From positions 1 to 51,667 of the forward strand of contig CAWEYG010000011.1 in NCBI GenBank assembly GCA_963813155.1: a DNA stretch of 51,667 nt, written 5' to 3'. Under the pieces are notes generated by a model. The model saw only the letters and a list, made by a program, of their open reading frames with translations, was not told the DNA's origin and did no database searches. Positions 21,453 through 33,978 of the stretch are shown here, one piece after another. The stretch's first letter is position 1; each line of letters begins with the position of its first letter. The position numbers were made by a program, and so were the translations under genes. This stretch comes from an uncultured Acidobacteriota bacterium (lineage in GTDB: Bacteria > Acidobacteriota > Thermoanaerobaculia > UBA5066 > DATFVB01).

Positions 21453-23066
21453 TTACTTCAGCGAGGCCCGCTGGGAGGACGCGGCGTGTTCCGTGGGGGA
21501 CTTCTTCGGCAGCGCCGAGATCCGTTCGGCTTCGGGGAACTGGCGAATCGCCTCCTGCGCCTGTTTGTCCGTGCGGAGAGCGCTTCGCCACCCTTCGGAG
21601 AGGCCGAACTTCGAGTTCAGCAGCTCGGTCCGGATCGCAGAGTCGATCAGGTCGCGGGAAGGGTCCAGGCCGTATTCCTTCAGGGCCTCCGAGGAGCTCT
21701 CGATTCCCTGGGCCTGGGCGAACTGAAAGAACTCCTTGCGGATCGAGTCGTCGATTTCGACGTCGTGGCCGACGTTTGGATGTCGCGCGAGGTAGTCGAC
21801 CGCGAAGTTGAAGAACGCGCCGTGGGCCTGGAGCCGCTGGACGAACTTGGACGTCTTGTCGTAGCGCGCGACATCGTCGGGAGTGATGCCGCCGGCCGCG
21901 TACACGGGACGGCCCGCGTCCGTGTAGAAGACTTTCCCTTCTTTCTTCGCGTCCGCGTCCCGTTTGTCCCCGTTCTCGTCGTCCGGGTTCAGGTAGTCGT
22001 AGAAGTTCGTGTAATCGCGCTGGATCCAACGTCCCGAAGGCGTGTAGTACTTCGCCGTCGTGAGCGCGAGTCCCGCGCCGTAGGGAAGGGGATACACGCC
22101 CTGGACGAGGCCCTTGCCCCAGGTCGTCGTGCCGACGATCAGGCCCCGGTCATGGTCCTGAATCGCGCCGGCGACGATTTCGGATGCCGACGCGGAGCCC
22201 CGGTTGACCAGGAGAACGAGCGGCCCGTCGAAGTGGGGACCGTTGCCGGGCGCGTAGAAGTCCTGCGCGGAGGAGGCCGTGCGGCCGCGCGTGTAGACGA
22301 TCTTTTCCTTCTTCTTCAGGAAAAGGTCCGCGACGTCGACGGCCTGATCGAGAACGCCGCCCGGATTTCCCCTCAGGTCGAAGAGGAGTTTTTTCATCCC
22401 CTGCTTCTCGAGGCGGTCGATCGCGGCGATCATCTCGCGGTCCGACGTGTGGGTGAATTCCGCGAGATGGATGTATCCCGTGTCCGGACCGAGCAGGAAA
22501 GCGTACCGAACGGAATTCGTCGGAATTTCGGCCCTCGTGATCGTCATTTCGATCGGTTCCGACAGGCCGGCGCGGCGGAGCGTGATCGTGACCTGGGTGC
22601 CCCTGGGCCCTTTCAAGTGCCGAACGACCTCGTCGGACGTCCAATCGTCGATCGGCTCCCCGTTGATGCGCGTGATGATGTCTCCGGCGCGAAGGCCCTT
22701 TTTCCAGGCTGGCGTTCCTTCGATCGGCGAGATGACGGTGACGTGTCCCTGGCGCTTCTGGATCGAGATGCCCAGGCCATAAAACGATCCCCGCTGTTTT
22801 TCCTCCATCGAGGAGAATTCGTCCGGGTCGAGAAATGTCGTGTGCGGGTCGAGGCGCGAGAGCATGCCCCGGATCGAGGCGTAGACGAGCTTGTCGGGGC
22901 CCGTATTCTCCGCGCTCCACTCGCCGGCCGTCGTGATCAGCTCGGCGTATTCGTTGGTGTACTCGGTCAGGGGCTTGTCGACGTCGTTTCGCCGGTTGGC
23001 GGCGCCGCCGAGGAGCGTGGCGCCCGCGAGGACCCCGGCGCTCAGGAAAATGGTTTGCCGTCTCAA
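21453..23066 (-). CDS. ctpA: Carboxyl-terminal processing protease, S41A (PDZ)
   Basis: LDPHT, GLGISI PDZ, DLRGNPGG, SASASEIVAGAIQD, TWGKGLVQ, YYTPSGR; TTG start after GGAGG. Confidence 0.92.
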   Translation of the reverse strand: MRRQTIFLSAGVLAGATLLGGAANRRNDVDKPLTEYTNEYAELITTAGEWSAENTGPDKLVYASIRGMLSRLDPHTTFLDPDEFSSMEEKQRGSFYGLGISIQKRQGHVTVISPIEGTPAWKKGLRAGDIITRINGEPIDDWTSDEVVRHLKGPRGTQVTITLRRAGLSEPIEMTITRAEIPTNSVRYAFLLGPDTGYIHLAEFTHTSDREMIAAIDRLEKQGMKKLLFDLRGNPGGVLDQAVDVADLFLKKKEKIVYTRGRTASSAQDFYAPGNGPHFDGPLVLLVNRGSASASEIVAGAIQDHDRGLIVGTTTWGKGLVQGVYPLPYGAGLALTTAKYYTPSGRWIQRDYTNFYDYLNPDDENGDKRDADAKKEGKVFYTDAGRPVYAAGGITPDDVARYDKTSKFVQRLQAHGAFFNFAVDYLARHPNVGHDVEIDDSIRKEFFQFAQAQGIESSSEALKEYGLDPSRDLIDSAIRTELLNSKFGLSEGWRSALRTDKQAQEAIRQFPEAERISALPKKSPTEHAASSQRASLK

Positions 23067-23199
23067 AAGAACCTCCCGAACGCGGCCTTGCGCGCGTCCG
23101 ATTTCCATTCTCCCACGCGAATGGGCATTTATCCAGACGCTCACGGTGATTGACGCGGCGGGCCGCGCCGTCGCAGAATAGCGCCCGAGAGGTGACTCC

Positions 23200-23451
23200 A
23201 TGCTCGGTTCCATCGGAATGCCGGAGCTGATTCTGATCTTCATCGTCGCGCTGATCGTTTTCGGGCCGAAGAAACTGCCCGAGATCGGCAAGTCTCTGGG
23301 GAAGGGGCTCGCCGAGTTCAAGCGCGCGTCGGAAGATCTGAAGCAAAACATCCAGAAAGAGGTCGACAGCCTGCAGGCCGAGGTGAAACCCGAGACGAAG
23401 CCCGAAATTCCGGGCGCGCCGCCTGCCGATACCGTCCAGAAGCCGAGTTGA
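23200..23451 (+). CDS. tatA: Twin-arginine translocase TatA/B
   Basis: IGMPELILIFIVALIVFGPKKLPEIGKSLGKGLAEFK. Confidence 0.93.
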   Translation: MLGSIGMPELILIFIVALIVFGPKKLPEIGKSLGKGLAEFKRASEDLKQNIQKEVDSLQAEVKPETKPEIPGAPPADTVQKPS

Positions 23452-24218
23452 ACCTTCAAGACAATCGTCCCCGGGGCGCGGATGAAGAGTTGCCCCGGAT
23501 GGGGTTCTTCGACCACCTCGAGGAGTTTCGCAAGCGCCTGATCTGGTCGATCCTCGCCGTCGCGGTCGCGTTCGTCGCGGCCTGGGTCTACTCTCCGACG
23601 CTCTTTCGGTGGCTCGAAAGGCCGATTCTGCCCTACCTCCCGAAGGGGACGCATCTCGCGTTCACGACCATGCCCGAGCCCTTCATTCTCTATTTCCGGG
23701 TCGCGCTCTACGGCGGAATCCTCCTCGCGTCTCCCGTCATCCTGTGGCAGCTGTGGCTCTTCATCTCCCCGGCGCTGTACCGGAAGGAGAAGAAATACGC
23801 CGTTCCGTTTCTGCTCCTCACGCTCTTCTTTTTTCTCGCGGGGTGCGCGTTCGGTTACGCGATCGCCTTTCCCAGGGTCTGCGAGTTTCTGGTGGGGATG
23901 GGAACGTCCACGGGGTTCACGCCGGTCATCACGATCAACGAATATCTGTCGATCGCGTCCAAGACGATCTTCGGGCTCGGCCTCTGCTTCGAGCTCCCGA
24001 TCCTGGTTTTCTTTCTCGCGCGCCTCGGGCTCGTCACGGAGAAGTTTCTCCTGGCGAAATTCAAGTACGCGGTCCTCATCATCTTCATCGTCGCCGCGAT
24101 CATCACGCCGACCCCCGACATGATGACCCAGACCGTTTTCGCGATTCCGATGATCGTTCTCTACCTCCTCGGGATTCTGATCGCCTGGATGTTCAAGAAG
24201 CGCGAACCCGAGGGCTAA
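23448..24218 (+). CDS. tatC: Twin-arginine translocase TatC
   Basis: FFDHLEEFRKRL, FISPALYRKEKK, GLCFELP, AAIITPTPD. Confidence 0.95.
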   Translation: MNLQDNRPRGADEELPRMGFFDHLEEFRKRLIWSILAVAVAFVAAWVYSPTLFRWLERPILPYLPKGTHLAFTTMPEPFILYFRVALYGGILLASPVILWQLWLFISPALYRKEKKYAVPFLLLTLFFFLAGCAFGYAIAFPRVCEFLVGMGTSTGFTPVITINEYLSIASKTIFGLGLCFELPILVFFLARLGLVTEKFLLAKFKYAVLIIFIVAAIITPTPDMMTQTVFAIPMIVLYLLGILIAWMFKKREPEG

Positions 24219-24706
24219 CCGGTTTTCTGTCCGGGATCGGCGCGGTTCTTCCGAAGGATCTCCTCGACGAACTCGCGAACGGCGCCCCGGCCGCCCCGGC
24301 ATTTCAAAACGAGGTCGGCCCGCGAACGGACGTCCGCCGAGGCGTCGGCGGGGCACGCGCTGAACCCGCAGGCGTCGAACAGGCCGATGTCGGGCGAGTC
24401 GTCGCCGCAGGCGGCGGCCTCGTCTTTCGCCAGCTTCCAGCGCGCGAGATACGCTCCCGCCGCGGCGTTCTTGTCTTTGACCCCCTGCTTGACCGCCCGG
24501 ACTCCCAGCTCGCGGGCCCGATACTCGACGGCCGGCGAAACCCTTCCGGAAATCCACGCGATCTTGATTCCGGCGGCGATCGCCATCTTGATCCCGTGGC
24601 CGTCCTTCGTGTCGAAGACCTTCAGCTCGTGCCCGCGTCCGTCGAGGTACACGCGCCCGTCGGTCAGGACCCCGTCCACGTCGAAGAAAAGCGCGCGAAT
24701 CGTCAG
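24215..24706 (-). CDS. kdsC: KDO 8-phosphate phosphatase (HAD)
   Basis: FDVDGVLTDG, KDGHGI, ISGR, GDD..D, GGRGAVREF; start inferred at CTG overlapping the kdsD stop. Confidence 0.92.
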   Translation of the reverse strand: MTIRALFFDVDGVLTDGRVYLDGRGHELKVFDTKDGHGIKMAIAAGIKIAWISGRVSPAVEYRARELGVRAVKQGVKDKNAAAGAYLARWKLAKDEAAACGDDSPDIGLFDACGFSACPADASADVRSRADLVLKCRGGRGAVREFVEEILRKNRADPGQKTG

Positions 24707-25659
24707 AACAACCCCACGCCCCAGAGATCGTGGAGGTGGAGCGCGCCCGTCAGCTTTCCGTCGCCGTTCGTGACGAAAAGCGACGTGATTTTCGCTTCCT
24801 CCATCCGGTGAAGGGCGGCCGACGCGAATTCCGATTCGTCGATCGTGCGCGGCGGCCGATGGGCGCACTCGCTGGCCGTCCGGGTGAGGAGAGCCGGATC
24901 CGCCTCCAGCAGGCGGCGCAGGTCGCCGTCGGAAATCGTGCCGTCGAGACGGCCGTCTCCGTCGACGACCGCCGTGATCCCCATCATCTTCGCGGTCATC
25001 TCGTGGATGACGTCGCCCATTTTCGTCGGCCGTTCCACGCGCGGCACGCGGTCGTCTCGCCGCATGAGATCCTCGACCCGCAGGAACTTCTTGCCGAGCT
25101 TTCCGCCCGGGTGGAGAGCCGCAAAGTCCTCCTCCCGAAATCCTCTCAATTCGGAAAGCGCCATCGCGAGCGCGTCCCCCATCGCGAGCATCGCGGTCGT
25201 CGACGCCGTCGGGGCCAGATTCAGGGGACAGGCTTCGCGCGAGATCGCGACCGAGACCGGGAAATCCGACGCCCGGGCGAGGGTCGAGTCGGGGGCTCCC
25301 GTCATGGAAATCAAGGGAATCTCGAGCCGCTTGAGGAATTCGAGCAGGCGAAGGATTTCCTCGGTTTCGCCCGAGTAGGACAAGGCGAGAACGACGTCGC
25401 CTTTCACGATCATGCCAAGATCGCCGTGGATCGCTTCGGCGGGGTGGAGGAAGAACGCCGGAGTTCCCGTCGAGGCGAACGTGGCGGCGATCTTCTGGCC
25501 GACGATCCCCGACTTGCCCATGCCGGTCACGACGACGCGTCCCTGACAGGAGTGGACGGCGCGCACGGCGGCTTCGAACGGCGGTCCGAGATTGCCGATC
25601 TGTTCGCGGACGGAATCCGCCTCGATCTGCAGGACTTTTCGCGCGCTGTCGAGGATCAC
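24703..25659 (-). CDS. kdsD: Arabinose-5-phosphate isomerase (SIS + CBS)
   Basis: TGMGKSG, HPAEAIHGDLG, SYSGETEE, LAPTASTT, HPGGKLG, CBS pair. Confidence 0.95.
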   Translation of the reverse strand: MILDSARKVLQIEADSVREQIGNLGPPFEAAVRAVHSCQGRVVVTGMGKSGIVGQKIAATFASTGTPAFFLHPAEAIHGDLGMIVKGDVVLALSYSGETEEILRLLEFLKRLEIPLISMTGAPDSTLARASDFPVSVAISREACPLNLAPTASTTAMLAMGDALAMALSELRGFREEDFAALHPGGKLGKKFLRVEDLMRRDDRVPRVERPTKMGDVIHEMTAKMMGITAVVDGDGRLDGTISDGDLRRLLEADPALLTRTASECAHRPPRTIDESEFASAALHRMEEAKITSLFVTNGDGKLTGALHLHDLWGVGLF

Positions 25660-25696
25660 GCGCCGATTTTAGCTGAATGCCCGGCCCCGGGATACG

Positions 25697-25888
25697 TTAC
25701 GAGGTTCGCGAGCTCTTCATTTCGCCGAACGACGCCCATCGGCGGCGCTGCAACTCGAGCAGGTACTGGATGATCTTGTGAGACGGAACGAACCCCTTCA
25801 TCGAGCTGTAAGCGCTCGAATTCGATCGCTCATGGCGCGTCATGTCGTCCAGGGCCATGACTCTCGCGAGAGTGGTGTGGTGGTTCAT
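25697..25888 (-). CDS. Putative 63-aa small protein
   Basis: GGAGGG RBS before ATG, fills the kdsA-kdsD gap on the same strand; no recognised family. Confidence 0.35.
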   Translation of the reverse strand: MNHHTTLARVMALDDMTRHERSNSSAYSSMKGFVPSHKIIQYLLELQRRRWASFGEMKSSRTS

Positions 25889-25954
25889 GTTTCGCCCTCC
25901 GGCGAAACCAAATTCAACTTTCGTGCCAGAAGTCGAATTTGGGCGGCGAAAACT

Positions 25955-26779
25955 TCAGGCGCGGATCTTCGCGATCGCGAGAATCTGGCGGATCAGGCCG
26001 GGGAGGAGCTTCACGTCGAGCTGCGTCGAGGCGTCGGAAAGCGCGTGCTCCGGGTCGTCGTGGATCTCGAGGAAGAATCCGTCGACGTAACCGGTCGCCG
26101 CGGCGGCGCGGGCGAGGATCGGGGCATATTGTTTGAGCCCGCCGGTCTGGCGGCCGCCTCCCGGCAGCTGCATCGAGTGGGTGACGTCGTAGACGATCGG
26201 CACTCCGAGCGCCGCCATCATCGGAAATGCGCGGAAATCGACGACGAGGTTGTTGTACCCGAACGAGCTCCCGCGCTCGCAGAGCATGACCTTTCGGTTT
26301 CCCGCGGAAACGCATTTCTCGACGGCGTGCCGCATGTCTCCGGGAGCGACGAACTGTCCCTTCTTGATGTTGATGGGCTTGCCGGTTTCGGCGGCCGCCA
26401 CCAGGAGGTCGGTCTGGCGGCAGAGGAATGCCGGAATCTGGAGCACGTCGAGAACCCGGGCGGCGTCCTGCGCCTGCCGGGGCTCGTGGACGTCCGAGAT
26501 CACCGGCAGTCCCGTTTTCGCCTTCACTTCCGCCAGGATGTCGAGGCCTTCCGCGAGGCCGGGGCCCCGGAACGACCGCGCCGACGTGCGGTTCGCCTTG
26601 TCGAAGGAGGACTTGAACACGATTTTCGCGCCGGTCCGCTCGGCCACGGCTTTGATCTTTTTCGCCATGGAGAGCGAATGCCTGCGCGACTCGATCACGC
26701 AGGGTCCGGCGAAAAAGAGCGGGGGAGCGCCCGGCCCGATTTCGTAGCCGGGCGCGATGCGGATGCGGTTCGCCTTCAG
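25955..26779 (-). CDS. kdsA: KDO 8-phosphate synthase
   Basis: FFAGPCVIES, FKSSFDKANRTS, QIPAFLCRQTDL, NIKKGQF, ERGSSFGYNNL; start inferred at CTG. Confidence 0.95.
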   Translation of the reverse strand: MKANRIRIAPGYEIGPGAPPLFFAGPCVIESRRHSLSMAKKIKAVAERTGAKIVFKSSFDKANRTSARSFRGPGLAEGLDILAEVKAKTGLPVISDVHEPRQAQDAARVLDVLQIPAFLCRQTDLLVAAAETGKPINIKKGQFVAPGDMRHAVEKCVSAGNRKVMLCERGSSFGYNNLVVDFRAFPMMAALGVPIVYDVTHSMQLPGGGRQTGGLKQYAPILARAAAATGYVDGFFLEIHDDPEHALSDASTQLDVKLLPGLIRQILAIAKIRA

Positions 26780-26783
26780 AGCC

Positions 26784-29072
<2,289 letters not shown>

Positions 29073-29076
<4 letters not shown>

Positions 29077-29429
29077 CTGTTCTGGGTGGCGGCGGTGGCG
29101 AGCTCGGAAACGGCTTCCCGGGACGCCGCGCAATACGGATTGGACCCGTCGTACCCGGCTCTCGCGATGATCTTCTGGTAGAGCGCGATGGCGGCGTCCG
29201 TATCGCGGAAGCCGACGTCGAGGACCCGCGCGAGGAAGAACAGCACCTCGAGGTTTTCCGGGTCGATGGCCCTGGCCTTGTCGCAGAAGACGCGCGCGAC
29301 GTCGAAGCGCTCCTCGGCCGCCGCGAGCCTCGCCCGACGGAGGTAGAGGTCGACCTCCTCCGAGCGCGGCACACGCGCGGCCCGGATCTTCAGGTTCCCG
29401 AACTTTTCCGAAACAGAGGAGGTTTTCAT
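29073..29429 (-). CDS. Small TPR-like helical protein
   Basis: ARVFCDKARAIDPEN, AIALYQKII; GGAG RBS. Confidence 0.6.
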
Positions 29430-29500
29430 CGACTCCAGGACACCTCGATTTTCAGTGTAGAGGAAAAATCTGCGGCGTCAAGGAGTTTCGCGGTATTCGA

Positions 29501-29558
29501 CCCCACCCCTTTTCCCCTCCCGCATGCGGGGAGGGGTGGCCGTGAGGCCGGGGAGGGG
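29501..29558. repeat. REP-like nested C-rich/G-rich hairpin
   Basis: cccctcccgca/tgcggggagggg and ggcc-gtga-ggcc hairpins enclosed by ccccacccc...ggggagggg; intergenic. Confidence 0.55.
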
Positions 29559-29571
29559 TTGAGCCAAGAGT

Positions 29572-30579
29572 TCAGCTGGCGCGCTCGACGATGCTGTCGG
29601 CGGCCAGAACGAGAGCATCTTTCGCCTCGCCGTCCTCGAAGCCCTTGAGGTGCTCGCGGGCGGCGCGCGCGTTTTCCCGGGCGAGCGCGCGCGTCTTCGC
29701 GACGCCGTCGTATCGGTCGACGATCCCGAGAACCTCGAACGGCGAGACGCTTTCGAACCTGCGCTCCTTGAGGACTCGCGAGATCTTGTTCTTCTCCTCG
29801 GACGTCGCGTCCGGCAGCGAAAGGATCAGGGGCATCGTGAGCTTTCCTTCGCGAAGGTCGGAGAGAACGGGTTTCCCGACGACCGACTCCCGCGACGTGT
29901 AGTCGAGAAGATCGTCGATGAGCTGAAAAGAGATCCCCAGGCGCTTGCCATAGAGAGCGAGTTGCTCCGCCGCCGCGGGGCCTCCCCGCGGGGCGAAGTG
30001 CGCCGGAATGCTGCACGCGGCGGAGAACAGTTCCGCGGTCTTTCGCCGGATGATCTCCAGCGCGCCGTCGCTCTCGAGATCGACGTCTCCCTCCCGCTCG
30101 AGGGCAATGATCTCTCCTTCGATCATGGCCAGGGTCGTGCGGGAAAGGATTTTCAGGATCGTGAGGTCTCCCTCGTCGAGGGCGACACCCATCGATTTCG
30201 TGTAGAGATAGTCTCCGAAGAGGACCGTGAGGTTGTTTCCCCAACGGGCGTTGACCGACTCGCGGCCGCGCCGCAGGCGCGCTTCGTCGATGATGTCGTC
30301 GTGGACGAGAGTCGCCGCGTGGATGAATTCGATCACGGCCGCATACCGAACGTCGGCCGCGCCTTCCCGATACCCGAGGAGCCTCGCGGACAGCAGCAGG
30401 AGAGCCGGCCGCAGGCGTTTGCCGCCCCCGCTTCGGAGGTAGTCGCCGATCTTGGAAATCGTGGGGACGGGGGAGTGGCACAGCCGGATGAGCTCCTCTT
30501 CCACCTGCGACAACTTGGGCGCGATCAGGTCGTAGGAGCGCCGCAATTCGGCTTCGCGGGGTTTCGCGACGGATGCCAT
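29572..30579 (-). CDS. Polyprenyl diphosphate synthase (IspB-like)
   Basis: GGKRLRP, IHAATLVHDDIID, RRGR, FQLIDDLLD, DLREGKLT. Confidence 0.93.
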   Translation of the reverse strand: MASVAKPREAELRRSYDLIAPKLSQVEEELIRLCHSPVPTISKIGDYLRSGGGKRLRPALLLLSARLLGYREGAADVRYAAVIEFIHAATLVHDDIIDEARLRRGRESVNARWGNNLTVLFGDYLYTKSMGVALDEGDLTILKILSRTTLAMIEGEIIALEREGDVDLESDGALEIIRRKTAELFSAACSIPAHFAPRGGPAAAEQLALYGKRLGISFQLIDDLLDYTSRESVVGKPVLSDLREGKLTMPLILSLPDATSEEKNKISRVLKERRFESVSPFEVLGIVDRYDGVAKTRALARENARAAREHLKGFEDGEAKDALVLAADSIVERAS

Positions 30580-30622
30580 CTCTGCCCGGAATCCTATAAC
30601 AGGCATGAGAGCCGAGCGGGTC

Positions 30623-31123
30623 TCAGCTCCGGTAGTTCGTGAACTGCAGCGGAAGCCCGAAATCCGCCCCGCGGAGCAGCGCGATCACGGCCTGCAGGTC
30701 GTCGCGGTTCTTTCCCGCCACCCGAACCTGGTCGGACTGGATCGAGGCCTGGACCTTGATCTTCGAGTCCTTGATCGCCTTGACGATTTCCTTCGCTTTT
30801 TCGATCGCGATGCCCTGCTGCACCTTGACGACCTGGCGCACGGTCGCTCCCGCGGCCGGCTCCACGGGCTTGAACTCGAGCGACTGGAGCGGCACGTTTC
30901 GCTTGACGAGCTTCGTCTCGAGGATGTCGACGACGCTCTTCATCTTGTGGTCGTCGTCGGACGTCAGCGTGAGCTCCAGCTCCTTGTCGTTCCATTCGAT
31001 CTTCGACTTGCTTCCGCGAAAATCGAACCGGGTCACGATCTCCTTGCTCGCCTGGTGGACCGCGTTCTGGATCTCCTGCAGGTCCACTTTGGAAACGACG
31101 TCGAACGAATTCTCCTGGGGCAT
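30623..31123 (-). CDS. yajQ: YajQ family nucleotide/c-di-GMP-binding protein
   Basis: SFDVVSKVD, RFDFRGS, KIKVQASIQSDQVRV, PLQFTNYR. Confidence 0.95.
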   Translation of the reverse strand: MPQENSFDVVSKVDLQEIQNAVHQASKEIVTRFDFRGSKSKIEWNDKELELTLTSDDDHKMKSVVDILETKLVKRNVPLQSLEFKPVEPAAGATVRQVVKVQQGIAIEKAKEIVKAIKDSKIKVQASIQSDQVRVAGKNRDDLQAVIALLRGADFGLPLQFTNYRS

Positions 31124-31142
31124 GTCGCTTTCTCCTTCCGGG

Positions 31143-31809
31143 TTACGGCTCGTTCTCGACGATTCTCGTTCCCGCGGGCGGCCGGATCGTGAAATCCGCG
31201 GCGCCGCGCGGCGGAAGCGTCCGGAAGCTCTTGAACTGGAACTCGGTTCGGTCCCCTCCCGAGCTCTGAAACGAGAGCGCGATCGGCGTTCCGGATCCCG
31301 ACAACGAGAGGCGGATCCACGAGACATCGGGCTCGGGGGCTTTCGGCGTGAGAAGAACCGTCGCGCCCTCCGGATGGGGCTCGAGCGCGAGGGCGTACAG
31401 CTTCGCGAGCTCCGAGGGGGACTCCAGGAAGACCAGCGGAAGCTGGGCGCGGTCGTCGTCCGAAAGCTGGCGGACGATCATCTGGTGTTCTCCGGGAGTG
31501 AAGAATCGGGCGGTCGTTCCATCGAACGTGAAGATCTTGTTCGAGGGAGGGGCATACTGAAACCGGATCTCCTCCGGCGCCTGCAACAAGACGGTCCCGC
31601 CCTCTTTCCGGCTGCGCGTGAAGCCGCCGGGAGTGAACGTCTGGACGAAGTCGGCCTGATGCGCCTTTCCGTCCTGCAGGAATCGGGCGGCCTTCGAGAG
31701 CTCCGCGGCGGGATCGGCGGAAAACGCGGGCGCGGCGAGGCCGAGCACGAGCGCAGTCACCACTCGAAGAGTGGAGCCGAACCGGGCGGTGAAGAGTTTG
31801 CGATTTCAA
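31143..31809 (-). CDS. lolA: Outer-membrane lipoprotein carrier LolA family
   Basis: Signal peptide, ADFVQ, IRFQYAPP, FDG, terminal FTIRPPAGTRIVE; TTG start needs a 1-nt indel. Confidence 0.75.
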
Positions 31810-31817
31810 CGTTCCCC

Positions 31818-33402
31818 TCAGTGCCGGAAGTGGCGCCGCGGCGCGAGCAGGAATGCCAGCTTGCGTTCGTCGGCAGCAGCGAAGATTTCCGAGTCGCGAA
31901 TCGAGCCTCCCGGCGCGACGACGGCCGTCACGCCCGCGTCCGCGAGGATGTCGAGCCCGTCGCGAAACGGAAAAAACGCGTCGGAGGCGGCGCCGCATCC
32001 CGTCATCGGGAGATTCGCTTTCGCGACGGCGAGACGGCAGGAGTCGACCCGGCTCATCTGTCCCGCGCCGATTCCCACCGTCTGTCGGGCGTTCGCGACG
32101 ACGATGGCATTCGACTTGACCCGCCGGGCGACCGTCCATGCGAGCTCGCACGCGGCTCGCTCGATCGCGAGCGGCCGTCTTTCCGAGACGACCTTCCACG
32201 CCGTGGGATCGTCTTCCGCGTCGTCCGCGCTCTGGAGCAGCAGGCCGCCGCCGATCCGCTTCCAATCGGGCCCCGTCGCCGGCGTCTGGCTGACCGGCAG
32301 CTGGAGGAGCCGGATGTTCGGCTTCTTCGCAAAGAGGAGCTTCGCTTCGTCGGTGAAGTCGTCCGCCACGACCGCTTCCACGAAGTGCTGCAGCACGAGC
32401 GACGCGACCGTGCCATCTACGGCGCCCCGCAGCGCGATGATTCCCCCGAACGCGGCGAGAGGGTCGCAGGCGAACGCGCGGCCGTAGGCTTCGAGAAGAG
32501 TTTCGCCGACCGCGACTCCGCAGGGATTGTTGTGCTTGACGATCACCGCCGCCGCGCCGCGAAGATCCCGGGCCAGGCGCAGGGCGGAATCGGCGTCGAG
32601 GAGGTTGTTGAAGGAAAGCTCTTTGCCCTGGAGCTGGCGGTAGTCGATGAGCTCGCCGGCGGGGGAGAGCCGGTCGCGGTAGATGGCCGCCTGCTGGTGC
32701 GGGTTCTCGCCGTACCTCAACTGTCCCAGCTTTTCGAACGCGAACAGGAGCGTGTCCGGGAACGGCTCTCCTCCCGAGAGCTCTCGGGCAAAGTAGTTCG
32801 CGATCGCCGAGTCATACAGCGCCGTGCGGGCAAAGGCCTTCGAGGCGAGGCGTTCCCGGTTGGCGGCGGCCGTTCCGCCCGTGGCTCGAATCTCTTCGAG
32901 CACGGATTCGTAGTCGGAAGGGTCGACGATCACCGTCACCCGGGCGTGATTCTTCGCGGCGGCGCGGATCATCGCGGGCCCGCCGACATCGATCTTTTCG
33001 ATCGCGGCCTTGCCCCGGGCCCCTTGCGCGACGGCTTCTTCGAACGGATAGAGGTTGACGACGACGAGATCGATCGGCTGGATTTTCTGTTCCGCGAAAT
33101 CCTTCGCGTGCTCCGGGTCGCCGGGGTTTCCCGAGGATCCCCCCGAAGATTTTCGGGTGGAGCGTCTTGACCCTGCCCCCGAACACCTCCGGAAAATCGG
33201 TGACCTCTTCGGCCCTGCGGGTAGCGACGCCCTGCTCCGCGAGGAATTTCGCGGTTCCCCCCGTCGAGACGATCTCGACCCCCATCGACGCGAGCGCTTT
33301 CGCCAGGTCGACGAGACCCGTCCGGTCGGACACGGACAGGAGCGCCCTCCGGACGACGACCGCGCCGTCAGCGGGGGGCGCCGGCGATTGTGTAGGGTCC
33401 AT
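31818..33402 (-). CDS. purH: AICAR transformylase / IMP cyclohydrolase (frameshift near 33130)
   Basis: [58 protein letters not shown]. Confidence 0.96.
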
Positions 33403-33978
33403 TCTTCTCCTCGAACTTCCTGGCAGGCCGGGCGTCCCCGCCCGCCCCGATCCAGACGGCCCAGAACAGGTTCGTTTCGTCGGAAACGAGCCGCGAGGCG
33501 ATCGCATCGGGGCCTGGATTCTTCTCCCGGAACTCCGCCCCGCCCTGCCGATCGACGCCGCGACGGGGTCGGGATTTCCCGCCGCGGAGGGCGCCGAGAC
33601 GCCCGGAAACCGGTAAGGGCCCGCGCTGGCCTCTTCGAACGCCTGCTTCTCCGCCGGGGTTCCGAACTTCGGGATTTCGAAGGCGATCACCTCTCCGGCG
33701 AGCATGCCGAAGCGGTGGATCACGTCCGCGAAGTGAGCCCGGGAGAGAATCGCCTGCGAAAGGGCTCTCGCCTCTTTCGCGAAGTCCGCCGCCGGCGCTC
33801 GCGAAATCGTCTCGCGCACTCCGCCCAGAAATTCCTGTCGATGCTGGACGATCAGGTCGAAGAGATCGGGCGGTGCATCGCGCGTTCCGGCGATCGCGAG
33901 GTTGAAGGCCGCGCGCTCGGAAGCGGCGAAAGCGCTTCCGGCCGCGAGCGTGAGAACGAGAGCGGCGAGAGCTTTCAT
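33368..33978 (-). CDS. Secreted helical hypothetical protein (frameshift near 33540)
   Basis: Signal peptide [18 protein letters not shown]; APPDL; C-terminal [11 protein letters not shown] in the shifted frame. Confidence 0.6.

Noticed and set aside
21453-24557. 1034-aa extended CtpA
   Set aside because: The extension is antisense to tatA/tatC; the real start is near 23066 with an RBS and signal peptide.
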